The notes beneath the pieces are model-generated. The model searched no databases and was not told where the DNA came from. It worked only from the letters and a program-made list of their open reading frames with translations. The translations under genes and the position numbers were made by a program. A stretch of DNA of 64,000 nt from contig CDPCPM010000007.1 in NCBI GenBank assembly GCA_976551045.1, forward strand, positions 13,206,001 to 13,270,000, read 5' to 3'. Numbering within the stretch: position 1 is the first letter of the stretch; the number at the start of each line of letters is the position of its first letter. The DNA is from Glaucostegus cemiculus. Lineage: Eukaryota. Of this stretch, positions 38,277 through 51,579 are shown one piece after another.

Positions 38277-39215
38277 TACAGGTCCTCCACAGGTTATGGC
38301 AGGGTTCCATTCCTGAGAACTGTTCGTAACTTGAACAAGTCGGAATAGTGGCCGCAAACCGAGTTCCTACATGGCAGAAGATGCCTGAAGTGGTGGATTG
38401 CCCCATAGGAATAGTCTTATAACTTTTTTTTTAATTTAGAGAAACGGAGCTGATGACATTATATTGTTCTATTTCTATTGAAAATTTTAGCCCAGTTTTT
38501 TTTTCCTTGTTTTGTTTTTTTTTCTTTTTTTAAAATTCATTTTTGGTTTAATTTACTCTATATTATTATGAATTTTTAAAAATTGATTTGGGGTTTTTTT
38601 TTGCATTTTTTTCTAATTATATAACAAATCTTTTTCTTTTCTATCTTTCACATTACACTTATGAACCGAGAGATTGTTGGAACTATTTCTTTTATATACA
38701 TCATATTTTATTGCTTTTTTTTAATGATTACCTACGATTTACTTGATATTTCTATAATACATGTGTAAACATTCTTGTTATATATTTTAATCTGTAATGA
38801 TTTGTTATCAATAAAAAAGATTGAAAAAGAAAAAAGAAAGGAATAGTCTGAAGGAGCATTTTAATTCTCGTTTTGCCGTTCTTTATATTAAAGCTGATAA
38901 TAATAAATATAGCCCAAGCCCAACTATAATGATATTCTTTTGAAAGATTTTAATGCAGATAAGGCTTTAAATGCTATTGATAGTTTTAGAAAGGAGACTG
39001 TTGCTGACCCAGATGGTGTGTCTCTAGATAGGATTTGCAAAATGGATATCACATGTTAACTAGAATGTATTCTGCTTGGGTTTGATGGGGCAAAATTCCA
39101 GCTAGCATCAAGCCCCTCAGCAGCTGGCAAATCCATTCCTCCAGTCTCCTAAACGCTGATTCATATATATAGGCTGTACATAATTGGGGCATTTGTAAGC
39201 TGGGGAGGAGTTGTA
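38277..39215. mobile_element. Tc1/mariner (pogo/Tigger-like) non-autonomous element with TA ends
   Basis: Left end TACAGGTCCTCCACAGGTTA versus right-end reverse complement TACAACTCCTCCCCAGCTTA: an imperfect TIR with TA at both ends. Confidence 0.6.
38418..38838 (+). mobile_element. L1/Tx1-like retroposed 3' UTR fragment with 11-bp target-site duplication
   Basis: aggaatagtct occurs at 38407-38417 and 38839-38849, flanking a T-rich 421-bp insert that ends in AATAAA plus an A-rich tail. Confidence 0.8.
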
Positions 39216-39284
39216 TTTGAGCTGTGAACTAACAGTTCAAATAACCTCCATTCTACGCTTCAGCTAATAGAGGAACACTGTGAT

Positions 39285-40295
39285 GAACAGGTAGTCCTGC
39301 CTCACAGTTCTAGTGACCCAGGTGCCATCTGTGTGGAGTTTTCATGTTCTCCCTGTGACTACATGGGTTTGCCTTGTGTGCTCTGGTTTCCTGCTACATC
39401 TTAAAGGTGTGCTGATTGGTAGGTTAACTGTATACTGTAAATTGCCCTGAATGTAAGTGGATATTAGGAGAATGTTGGTGGGCATGATAAGGTTGATCAA
39501 ATTGCCCTGATTATCAGAATCAGTTTTATTGTCACAACCATATACATACATAGTATGCATAGGAGCGAGATACCGTCCTCCTCAGGTGCTCATCCCATTA
39601 AATAACAACCAACAGAGACACACAGACACACTTAACAAAATAAACATTAAAAAACATTAAACATTAAGAACTACGGAAGTTAAAATTAAATTAATATGCA
39701 TATTAAATTTTAAAAATGGCCAGTAAATAAATAAATAGTTATTAAAGTGAACGGGCTGGTGGCGGGCATTTAAAGTGCTGGTGCATTTCTGTGCACCTAG
39801 CATCTCTTAGTGTTAACACGAAAGATGGAGGGATGAGAGAGTTCGCAGTTCTGATGGCTTGCGGAAAGAAGCTATTGTTCAGCCTGGTCGTTCTTGCCCT
39901 GATACATTTAAGCCTCCTCCCTGATGGCAAAATTGTGAAGAGGTGGTGGGAGGGGTGAGAAGGGTCGGCCATTATGCTTTTGGTCTTCCTCACACAACGG
40001 TCTGCGATGGATGGAAGGGAGATACCCATGATCCTCTCCGCAGCCCTAACTATCCTCTGGAGGAACTTCCGCCCAGCAGCTGAGCAGCTTCCAAGCCAAA
40101 CAGTGATACATTGGGTTAGGATGCTCTCAATGGTCCCTCTATAGAAAGTTTTCATAACGGAGGGATGGGAGTTCGCTTTCCTCAGTCTCCGCAGAAAGTA
40201 GAGGCGTTTCTGAGCTTTCTTCGTGAGGGCCATAATGTTAGTGGACCAGGTATCTGAATGGCCTCCTTTAATGTCGTAAGAAAATATAAGAAATC
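39285..40295 (+). mobile_element. Older V-SINE-like element split by a Rex1 insertion
   Basis: SINE head and core at 39285-39512. The CR1-type tail ctgaatggcctcct..gtcgtaagaaaatataagaaat resumes at 40252. Confidence 0.7.
39513..40251 (-). mobile_element. Young Rex1/Babar-type LINE 3' fragment
   Basis: ORF 39742-40299: KKAQKRLYFLRRLRK, FYRGTIESILTQCITVW, DPSHPSHHLFTILPSGRR, ARTTRLNNSFFPQAIR. The 3' UTR is nearly identical to the 57836 copy. Confidence 0.95.
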
Positions 40296-41006
40296 CCATA
40301 GCAACCTCATCAATCTGCCTTGCTAACCTTTAAAGATCGATAGGCGTACACACCAAAATCCCTCTGCTTCTCCATACTGCTCAATATCCTACCATTTCTG
40401 TATACTTCCTTGCCATGCATCACCTCTCGAGATCGTTACTTCAAACTTCTCCGGTTAAATTCCATTTGCAACTTTCCTGCTAACTAATTATAACTTAGTA
40501 GTCAGAGGGTTAAAAATAACTATCCCTAAACAGAAGAATGGGCAGTATTTTCAGTCTGAAGAAATATTTGGAGGTTGACACGTACAAGCATGGTCAATGG
40601 TCTGTGACATTCTCAGAAAATGTTAAAAAAATATATATTGAGATTAATAATAACTTAATTGAAAGAGAAAATCTCCATGTATTAATTGACTGATCACAGA
40701 ATTATGGATCAGGAACTGTTTTAAGAAGCCATCAACAGCAATTAATCTGTGAAATAGACATAACTGGAGACTGAAACTAGAGCTTTTTGAGATAAAGGAA
40801 CAACACTGTAAAGTAACATTCTCTCATTCTTATTTTTCTCAATGGGGAGTTGCCTTGCTTTGCTGGGACTCAAGATCTCAGAGGCTCAATAAATTAAAAA
40901 CAACAAGACAGCTGCCTTCTGGTTCTAGTGCAATAAAAAAAAAACAATGGGTCCACTCTGAAACATCTTTCAGAGTATCCAAGGCCTCAGCAGTAAGTAG
41001 CTGGTT

Positions 41007-41020
41007 GTTGCTATGGTAAT
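41007..41020. promoter_or_regulatory. Candidate RFX X-box
   Basis: GTTGCTATGGTAAT, a near-palindrome close to the X-box GTTGCCATGGCAAC, in non-repeat sequence. Motif evidence only. Confidence 0.3.
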
Positions 41021-44000
41021 AAGAAATAACTAGAGGCTGAAGTTAACACAGTGAAATGTAATGAGATTTGGTCATGAGACTCATGTGGGAGAACTGTCAG
41101 AAGTAATCAGTTTCATGCCTCTCTGTCCCCTGCTCCTCATTACCAATAACTAGGATGCTACACAATTCAAGTAGAAAATAGTGATGGTAATGTAACAACC
41201 AATAGTCTGCAAGGGAACAAAGCAGGAGGAAATGGGTAGATTATCAATGTGGTACTATCTCATTAGAGGAAAACAGAAGAAATAGGAGGGAGATGGGTCC
41301 AGGAAACCAGATTGAACCCTGGAACAACATGAACCTGGGATTGCAGTGAGAACCTTCCACTAACACTCATCAAGGAAGAACCTTGGATCAGAGAATAAAG
41401 GAAAGCAATTTTTTTCCTGTCTGAAATCGATCAGCTTGGGTCTTGATGGGTGGTATACTGTGTGTGCTGAGAGTGCTTGGACTTAACTGTCTTTGCAATT
41501 AAGAGTTTGACTAAAGCTAAGTAAACCATCTACCATTTGTCAGTAATGTCTCTCTAATATTGGTTTGAATTCTGCACAACATAACAACTATATCTTCCTT
41601 CAATCTAAAGCTTTCCTCCTCACTATCAAACTCCTTTCAGTTCATCTCTTCACCACAATGTTACTGTTGTGACTTGCTCTTTTAAAATAAGAAATAGGTA
41701 CAAAAGCACACCTTACAGCCTTCTGAGTTAGTTCTGCCATTTAATATCATGGTTTGATCTCAATCCCATTATTGTCCCTATCCTTTGATTCCAGTGAATT
41801 TCAAAATTCAGTCATTCATTATCTGAGTATATAAAACCCTCTGATCTATTGAATATCAAAGTTTCATAAACTTCTGAGGATTAATTTCTTATCTTTGTCC
41901 TAAATAATTTCTTATCCTGAGATTCCCCCTGGTTGCTCTTGATGAGATCACTTTTCATTCCACTAAACTTTGGAATGTACCCATCTAAGGCAAATTAATC
42001 CTTCCTTAGGTATGGAAACCAAACACTTCATAAAATAATCCAGGGCAGTTCTCATCAAGTTTCTATACATTTGCAGCTTGAATTCCTTTTTACTCAAATA
42101 CTCTTGAAAATCAACGTTATATTCCATATGCATTTAAAAAATAATAAAATGCAGAAGACACTCAACAAGTCAGGCAACAACTCTGGCCTTTTGTCTTATT
42201 AATGGCTTGCAGTACTCATATGCTAACTTTCTATGTTTGTTTTTATATATACCAGCCCACCAAATCTCCCTGAAAAAAATACATTTAATAATTTCTCACC
42301 ATTTCAAATAATCTTCTCACCAAAGTGAACAAACTCCCATTTCCCCAAGCAATAACTATTTATCATTGCCATTTTCATGCTCACTCACGTAATCTGTCTC
42401 TATCATTTTGAAGATGCTTTTGTATACTCCTCCCAGCAGACTTTCCAAGTTTGCGTTTAATTTGCTGATGCCAAGAAGGGCAGTCTGGCCAGGCACTGGT
42501 TAGAAGAAAATAGTTATGCAACAGGTGCCTCATCTTTTAATATCATACCTACTGCAAGAGCTCAGATAATTCTTTCAAGTAATTTAGATGGTAGTGTAGG
42601 TGCAAGATGTTGAGAGGTCTAGTCAAGGATGGGTGTGGGAAGGATTTTATTCTCCCCATATTCCCATCCAGATTCTACCACTCACCTACTCCCTGTGGGC
42701 ATCTTACAGCAGCCAATTAATCTACCAACCTGCATGTCTTTAGGATGTGTGAAAAAACTGGAGCAAACAGTGAACACACATGGTCACAGAACGTGCAAAC
42801 TGCACACAGACAGCACCCGAGGTCAGGATAGAACTACGATCACGGGAGCTATGAGGCAACAACCCTACTAGTTGCACCACTGTGCCACTCTAAGATGGAT
42901 AGGGTTTGCACCAATGAAGTAGAATTTGTGGCAAAACAATGCCTTAAGGATTCTGAATATGTAAAAGTAGCAACTTCTGCTAGTACTGGATATCAATCAG
43001 CTGTCAGATGACGTAGAGGAATGATACCTGGAGTTGTCAGTGAAAAATAACACTGATGTTTGCTTAATGTCACTAAAAGATAAAGTAGATGAGAATTAGG
43101 AGGAGACCAAGGGTAGATCCTTGGGGGACACCGGAGCTAACTGAGAGAGGGGGTTAAAATGTAGGTGATTTCTGGTTACAACTGGACGACTATGAAAAGA
43201 GGCAAGTGTGATCCCACCAGCACGAAGACGGTGAAGGAACATGGAGTGGGTTACCAGGTCAATGCCTCAAGCTAGGAAGGATGAAGAATAAATTATCCTT
43301 TTTTGGTACTATGGAGATGCAGAATTCTGATTGTAGGGATTCAAACACAGGATTACTGGAAAAGATGGACAAAGGTTTGGTGGTGGTGGTGGGGGGTGAG
43401 AGCATAGATATTTTTGAAGGAGAGGGGAAAAAAGTCAGGAATGAGCATTTGTTGTATGTATGAAATACCATCTAATTTCTAGCCTACTCCCTTAAGTTAT
43501 GGACTATGAAAAATTAGTCTTTATGACATTTAAATGAGCCTTGCTTAATAGGTGAGGCTATCCAATCTCACCGTTCATAGTGAAGGTCAAGGTGTTACTT
43601 TTCACCATCAGAAGGGCTGTATTCAGCTATGAGCTTCATACATTTGCCATTACTGAGCTGTAAAGATCCTACTGTCTGATGCAATTTATCCAGAGCAAAC
43701 ACAAAGATTAGTCTCGGCTCTGCTGAGCCTCAACAGGATCGTAAAGTGATAGGTAGTGATTAACCCATCAATAAACTAAAGCTGAACAAACCTCTGATAA
43801 ACATGAATGTGGATTCATGCTAGTAACTACCTCAATATCTCTCTCTGAGATGGTTGGGAAAATAGTCAGCAATTCAAACAATGGGAACGTTAATCAATAA
43901 ATGAAAGAAGCTAGAATGTCAGGGACAGCAATTTCTTACTGTGGCTTTCTGCATAAAGCAATTTTGCAAGAATACAGTTCAGTTGGTCACAAAATAGAAT

Positions 44001-44530
44001 TCTTAGAGTGGTATCAACCTTTATTAGATATGACATATATGTTACAGGAATGTTTGATGAAAAATTGTAAAGTGATTACATAAAATCTTTGAAGTCAGTC
44101 ATTCACCAGTAATCAAACTTTCTTCTGAATATTGGGTTTTCTATGTCAAAGCTCATTCACAATCTCATTTAAAACTCAATTTCAGCTGGTCCATGCAATA
44201 ATCCTGGTTTAAATTCAGCTCTTTTATGTTACAACTTTATTGATTAATGGAAGAAATAACCCCTCAAGTTCTTGGTGTGAAAAGCTGAATTAAGGAGCTA
44301 CTGCTGATTCAATTTGTACCAGAACTGCTTCAAGAGGTAACAATAATTCTACCAACAAACACAAATATTTCTACCCAAACTATAGCTGCTGTTGGCCTAA
44401 CCTATACTTGAGATGCCCCACCACCTGCACTCATCCTACAAACATGCTTCACCTTTGTGACTGCATGGGTCCCAATGTCCTGGAGGCCTTCTTGTTGCAG
44501 CTGTCCCTGGAAGCAGAGCAGTCAGGGAAG

Positions 44531-45327
44531 TCACAAGATCACAAGATAATTGAGCAGAAGCAGGCCACTCGGCCCATCGAGTCTGTTCCAAAGGGAAGGG
44601 AGGGTGGGGAAAAAGGGGGGGAAAAAAAGAGGATGAAAAAGAATGAGGAAAAAAAACTACTCTAACTCCAAATTCCCGCCTTATCTCCATATCCCTTGAT
44701 ACCTCGACCAATTAGATATCTATCTATTTCCTTCTTGAATATCCCCAATGATCTGGCCTCCACTGCTTTCTGTGGTAAGGAGTTCCACAGGTTCACCACC
44801 CTCTGGCTAAAGAAATTCCTCCTTACCTCTGTTCTGAACCTGCTTCCTCTAATTCTAAGGTTGTGCCCTCTAGTCCTGGACTCCCCCACCAAGGGAAACA
44901 GCTTGACCACATTCACTTTGTCCATTCCTTTCAACATCTTGTACGTTTCTATTAGGTCCCCTCTCATTCTTCTGTACTCCAACGAGTACAGTCCAAGTGC
45001 CGACAGTCGCTCATCATATGTAAGCCTTTTCATCCCAGGAATCATCCTAGTAAATCTCCTCTGAACCCTCTCCAACATCAGCACATCCTTCCTAAGATAT
45101 GGGGCCCAAAACTGTACATAGTACTCTATGTGAGGCCTCACCAGTGCCCAGTATAGCCTCATCAACACTTCCTTGCTTTTATATACTATACCCCTCGAAA
45201 TAAATGCCAACATAGCATTCGCTTTCCTTATCGCCGATCCAACCTGGCGGTTAACCTTTAGGTTATCCTGTATGAGCACCCCTAAGTCCCTTTGTACTTC
45301 TGTGCTTCCAATTTTATCTCCTTCTAA
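44531..45327 (-). mobile_element. Young CR1 LINE (family B) 3' fragment
   Basis: 205-aa ORF 44662-45279 (LVRPHIEYYVQFWAPYLRKD...GIKGYGDKAGIWS*). (ATCTTGTG)n tail. Confidence 0.96.
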
Positions 45328-45939
45328 AGTGAGTAAACATCAGGAGGTGCATCTCGAGGCCCTGCCCCAGGCAACTCGAATAACAGCTCATGCTGTCAAA
45401 GATCTTAGCAACTTTTGAAACAATTGGAACACATTTAATTATCTTTATAAAAAAGTAGAAAATAAATAATTAAGGACAACTTTAAATTAAAATGTGTTAA
45501 AAATATTAACAGAATGAAATGAAAAGAAATAAAATCGTCAGCTTGACTGACCCTTCAATACAACCCCATTCAAATGAATAAACTGGTGTTGCACAAGCCA
45601 CATGTTATTGGCACAAAGCAGGGAGGTCAGATATAAAGTGTATGTGTCTCTTCAGCCCAGAACAATTGAAACTGCCCCGAACTCAGTGGCAAGTCCAGTG
45701 GTGGAACAAGAGGTCAGATGTGCTACCATCTGACCTCCTGTGCATTCAGTATCTCTGCATTGCAATATGCAACCATGGAAGCTGCAGACACACTGATCTA
45801 TGGGAGAGCCAGAGATGGAAGCTTTCTTATGATCCCAAAGGCAAGTAAAATCCAGAGCAATATTTTGGTTGAAGTCATGTCAAGTGCTTAGCTCATCTAC
45901 ACCAGGCAGACATTACCAAATCATTACTGCTCATTATAG

Positions 45940-47260
45940 AGTTATACAGTCACAAGGTCATACAGCACAGAAACAGGCCTTTCGGCCCACCAATGTCAAT
46001 ACCAAACTTTTTGCCCTTCTACACTAATCCCATTTGCCCGCATTAGGTTTATATCCTTCTGTGCCTTGCCTATTTAAGTGCCTGTCTAAATACTCTTAAA
46101 CAAAGTGATTGCATCTGATTCCAGCACCTCCTCTGGCAGTGAGTTCCAGATATCAACCACTCTCTGTGTAAAGAAACTTTACCCTTAAATCTCCTTCTTC
46201 TCACCTTTAACTTAGGCCCCCTTGTTTCTGATACCTTTACCATGGAGAAAAAAATTCTGACAATCTCTTCTATCCATGCCTCTAATAATTTTATATACCT
46301 CCAACAGGTCATCCCTTAGTCTCCTTTGCTCCATGACAAACCCAACCTATCCAATCTCTCCCTACAACCAAAGTCGTCCAATCTAGGCAACATCTTAGTG
46401 CAGAGGAGATTCAGTCTCTTTTGCATAACCGCATCCTTCCTATAATGTAGCAATCAGATATGAAGAGTACTCCAAGTGCACTCCAACTAGATGTTTCATA
46501 AAGTTCAACATAACATCCCAAATTTATATACTATGCCCTAACCTATGACAGCAAGCATGGCATATGCCTTCTTCACCACCCTGTTCTACCTGTGTTGTCA
46601 CTTCCAGGGAAATATGGACTTAAACCCCTAGGTGTCTCTGTTCATCAACATTCCTTAGTGTTGTACCATTTACTGTGTATGTCTCAGTCCTATATGATTT
46701 CACAAAATGCATCACTTCGCACTTGTCAGGATTAAATTCCATTTGCCAATGCTCTGCCTAACTTTCCATCTGATCTGTATCCTGTTTTTCCTTGGACAAC
46801 TTCCCTCACTATCCACACCACCACCAACTTTCATGTCATTTGAAAACTTGCCTTCTCCATTCACATCCAAGTCATTAGAACACATCACAAACAACAAGGG
46901 TCCCAGCACCAATCCCTGTTTTGCACCACTGGTCACAGACTTTCAATGAGAACGGCACCCTCCCAGCACTACCCTCTGCATCCCATCTCCAAGTCAATTT
47001 TGGATCTAATTAGCCTGCTTGCCTTGAACTTGCCTTTAAACTTTTGGACCAGCCCTCCATATGGAACCTTGTCAAATGGCTAACTAAAGTCCATACAGAC
47101 AAAATCTACCACTCTACCTTCAGCAATCTTCTCAGTTCACTCCTCAATAAACTCAATCAAATTAGTGAGGTAGAATCTGACTATCACTGATCAGCCCCTG
47201 CCCTTCAAATGTACATAAATCCTAACCCTTAGGAGTCAATAATTTCCCTGTTGACATAAG
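45940..47260 (-). mobile_element. Older CR1 LINE, degraded RT and 3' end
   Basis: [16 protein letters not shown] and KFSNDMKVGGGVDSE. The 3' end cagcacagaaacaggcctttcggccc resembles family A. Confidence 0.85.
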
Positions 47261-49665
47261 GCCTCAGAACCTTCTCCAGCCGCTGGGTGAACTTACACCT
47301 CCCATAGTTGTACGCGTCACTAATGTTGCTATCAATTCTAGGCCAATATAAAATATTTGATTCATATAGGATCTTACACTTTAACAGGGTGTTCTAAAGC
47401 ATTTCACAGCTACCTGTTGTAAGAAATGCAGAGTTCAGTTGCTGAAAGCAAGATCCCAAAAACAATAATGAGATAAACAACGAGATGATCGGTATTTCAA
47501 GCAATACTGACTGAGTAAATAATTTGAGCCAGCAGAAGAACTCTTACTTTATATGGAGCCTCCATTTAATATTCCATTGGGAAAATTTCTGATGGCACAG
47601 CATTCCCTCAGTGCTGTACCTCATGATAGCAATTAGAGAGCAGTTACAATATATCTAAGAAATAGCTCCATAACCCTTGTACTTTGCAGTTTTGGAGCTT
47701 GGGGATTTGTACTTTTACCCAAAATTAATGAGATTCTTCTTGAAGAATTTAAAATCTAAGTTTCAACATTCACATCCCCAACACATGCAGAGTTGTGCGT
47801 GATTTTAGTGATCTAAGGTTCAAATGAAGAGAATATATCATGACATAACTTTCAAGTCGAATCATAAAAAGTAGCAGAAACAGAGAACTGTCTTTGCCCA
47901 AATAGAAGTAGTAAGCTAATTTTTTTTTAATTATAAATTTTTTGGCAATCAGTAATTCTGTAATGTTTTCAATAACATGTATTACTGAAATATCTCCATG
48001 ATGAAAGTATGAGGTTGCCATCATGATACAAGATTGACTTCACTGCGGACAGCAAAACGTGATGCTATTCCTTATTGAGTTATTGTGATATAGATCAGAG
48101 CTTCACATCCAGTTACAGAGCTTTTATATCAAAAACTCATTGAAATATTGATGTAAAAGAGAATTTGCCTGTTAGACCATCTATTTTCAACTTGTTAAAT
48201 GGATGAGAAAAATAAAATCAGTCAAGATGTGTAATATGTACCTGCAGCTTATTTTTCTGCTTCACAGGTATAGTGAAAAATTCCTCTAAAATTTTCCCTC
48301 ACTATGAAGCTGGAGGAAAATTAAATCACCAAAAATAATATAACTAAGTATTCAAACCAAGTTTATAAACAGAGCAATTAAGCTTTGATGTAATTATACA
48401 GTTCAATTCCATAACAGGCAGCAATTTATATAGAAATATTAAAAATACACTTCAGCAGAAAAGGTCCACTAAAATGGGTATCTCGGAAAAACATTGGAAA
48501 TTACTTCGTCTGGTTTTAGACTGAAATAACCAAACTGTTCTTAATCATGCAATTTTCCACTGGAAGTTTCTCTATAACTTTTCTTAACAGTACCAAATGA
48601 AACATGCCCTTTGCAAGAATTGCAAGCTTTGATCTTCTAACTTCCTAAATAGGAGGTAACACTTTTTAGATCAAAGCAAATAGAATCAGATTAACCCAGT
48701 TTCCAAATCCAATCCACCTTCATATGAAATACATTTTTAACAGGTATGTAAAATACTACCACATCTAGAATACAATTGATCAAAAATATCAATGTTGGAA
48801 TCATTGTTATAAAAAGACTGCAGAGAAACATTCTTCAACAATAACTGAAGAGTAGTTATGAAGAGTGGTAGAGTACGTTAATATCAGTGACCTTCACACT
48901 TCAAAGCATCATTCATACATTTGTATATTTAAACTAATTCAACAAAAACAGAATGGGATATTTAAACTCTTGATTTCTTCCCCTTCTTAGGCAGTCCCAC
49001 AAACTAAAGAAAACCATCTTTTATTTTAATATTTTGCTGCACAGAATAACTGGGAATAAATAATAGGATCTCAGAAAATGTGTTTTTTAATTAAAATCAA
49101 TAACTGAAACCTATGCAAGTACTTATTATGGTCATTCCACACCATAACTATCAGAACATAGGATTATTCTGCAATGATCTGCTTCTGTTAGGAGGGTGCA
49201 TACGAGATGATAAAGTAACACATTGCCTCCAATTTTATTTTACACATGTTCTTCCCATAGCAAATCTCAACATGGCCACTATAATTATATTTCCTTGAGT
49301 TAATATTGTACCTGTTGCTTTGGGCTTGATACCATATTGGGTTTGATCTTGCCAGCTTCGATTACCTATCCAAAATCACCAATCACAAGCCATCCACGCC
49401 AGTAGTTATTCCCTTCCGACAAAGTGATTCAATCTTGCTTACCTTAAGCACATAGGACTCCAGCACCATTATCTGGACAGTGGCAAGGCTTCCAATGAAA
49501 CAGCCCTGAAAGTTTTGACAACCATGGCCCAGCTTTGCCAGCTGTAAAAGTTCAGCTTTAACCAGCTTCAAATCTCTATGAGGTTATTCTGGTATTTAAA
49601 AACTATTAAAATTACATACATAAATTTGAAACTATTAAACATTTTTAAAGGTTAATGAAAAATAC

Positions 49666-50154
49666 TTGTGAATAATTAAAAACAACGAAGCTCCAAGCCA
49701 CAACACAGTGATGAGATCAGGAGAAGAGAGAACTCATAGATCAAGATCTCATAGTGAAGTATGGAATGTATTATACAGATGAGAACACCATTTATAGGAA
49801 GCAGACAAGGTATGAATGGGCTAGGCATCAGAGCTACTATATGTTTAGAATCAAAGTATTTGACATCAATGAAACATAGGTAGCAAAGGAGGGCCTTTTA
49901 TCTCAAAATTAGCCGTGAGGCCTAAATAGCTATTTGACCATTAAAAATTAATCATGGCCACATCTGATGGGCTGTCAATCATCTGCATGCATTATCAGTG
50001 TATCCAGAAACTATAAAACTCAGTGTGTTTTGATTCTCAGGGAAACTCCTCCACCTGATCTCCCTTGCACAAATGCTTGCACTGCGACTGATTGAATAAA
50101 AGCTTGTTGCATCTACTACAGCTCTGATCTGTAAGTGGCTCTTTAATCACAACA
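49666..50154 (+). mobile_element. Probable solo LTR
   Basis: TATAAAA at 50012, AATAAA at 50095, terminal ..tttaatcacaaca. The weakly complementary ttgtgaataattaaa at 49666 may be the 5' end. The left boundary is uncertain. Confidence 0.45.
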
Positions 50155-51579
50155 CTTCCCACCATAACTGAAATATAGATTTCTACCTTAGTATAAATGT
50201 TGGAGTTCTAAACTAGGAATTAAGGACCTTACATCCAAGGCATTTTTGAGAACAAAATAAAGTTCAATTTTTATATTGCCACAAGGAACTACAGCTAAAA
50301 TTATTTATAAGGAAGAGAAACAGGGCAGACATGAATAGTGTCACCACAATGTTAAATTCAAATATTGACCTACCTAAAGTGATGTATTTGCCATTTTTAC
50401 ATAACCTTACCTACAACATATTCAATACATTACATTTTGAATTTTTATTAACTTTTTATAGATTATAGATTTCTATATCTGGACCCACAATGCAAACAGT
50501 CAGTACAAATATTGTAATTTCGGCCCAACAATTTCCCAAATCTGGTCTCAGTTCCACATGTTATATTTTCATTTGTTCACCTTGCAGCATGTAAAGGAAG
50601 ATGTGAAACAGCAATTGCCTCAAATGCTACTGAAGTTTGGGATGGCAGTCCCATGTTTGTGAAATTATTATTTAGTTCAGCATATCACAATTTATAGATT
50701 ATGATTCTTTAATTCCATTCTCTTGCCAGTGTGAGTGTTGCAGGATGTAATTACTGTACAAAGTATCACGTTTATATAGACAGTTTTCATTGTAAATTGG
50801 ACATAGAACTTAGACCTGGAAATAGTCATTATCATTTTTTGCTCTGGGAAATGTTCATTTTCGATTTTGGCCTGTTATGTCAACACCACACAGCGTTTAA
50901 ACATATAATTTATTACTTGCATACAATGGAAATTACAAAGGGAAGAACTGACAGGTGATCCAACCAGATGCAAGATTTGTTGCATAATCTCAACTGAACA
51001 ATTTAGGGGACTGCTTTAAAATGATTAGGGGAGAAGCATTCACATAAGTATATCTCACAACAATGGAGTGGTACAGTGTACAGCTCATTGGAGTAGGTTT
51101 CTACTTTCTGAGTTCAGCTTGAAGGAAACAATTCCCAAAGTATTCACAGTTGAGATATTCCACCCTTCACTTCCTCGCATCAATTCCATTGACTACAAGC
51201 AGCATAGGGGAACACTGGAACTGGTGTAGACTATTTAACTCCTTGAGCCTGTTTGGTTATCTATTTTTAGCAGTCCCTTAAGGATCATGAAGCTAAGGAA
51301 TAGACTTAACATTTTTGAGGAGTATTTTACAAATGTTTGGAATTCAGTGCAGTCCACTCAGTTCAAAAGTTTAATGAAATGTTTAACACGTGCCAAGGCT
51401 GCAAATAAAATAAGCAGTGAGTAAAGGTGGCCTCTGACAATGAAGGCTCTCAAAAAGATACTACCAAACTGTTACACATTCAGGACTGGAATATCACATC
51501 CTTTCAGAGTTTGCAAAAAGTAGTTTTCATGTGGCCCTTGCATTGAGGTCAAATGATGACATTGCTTTCCTCTCTAAAA

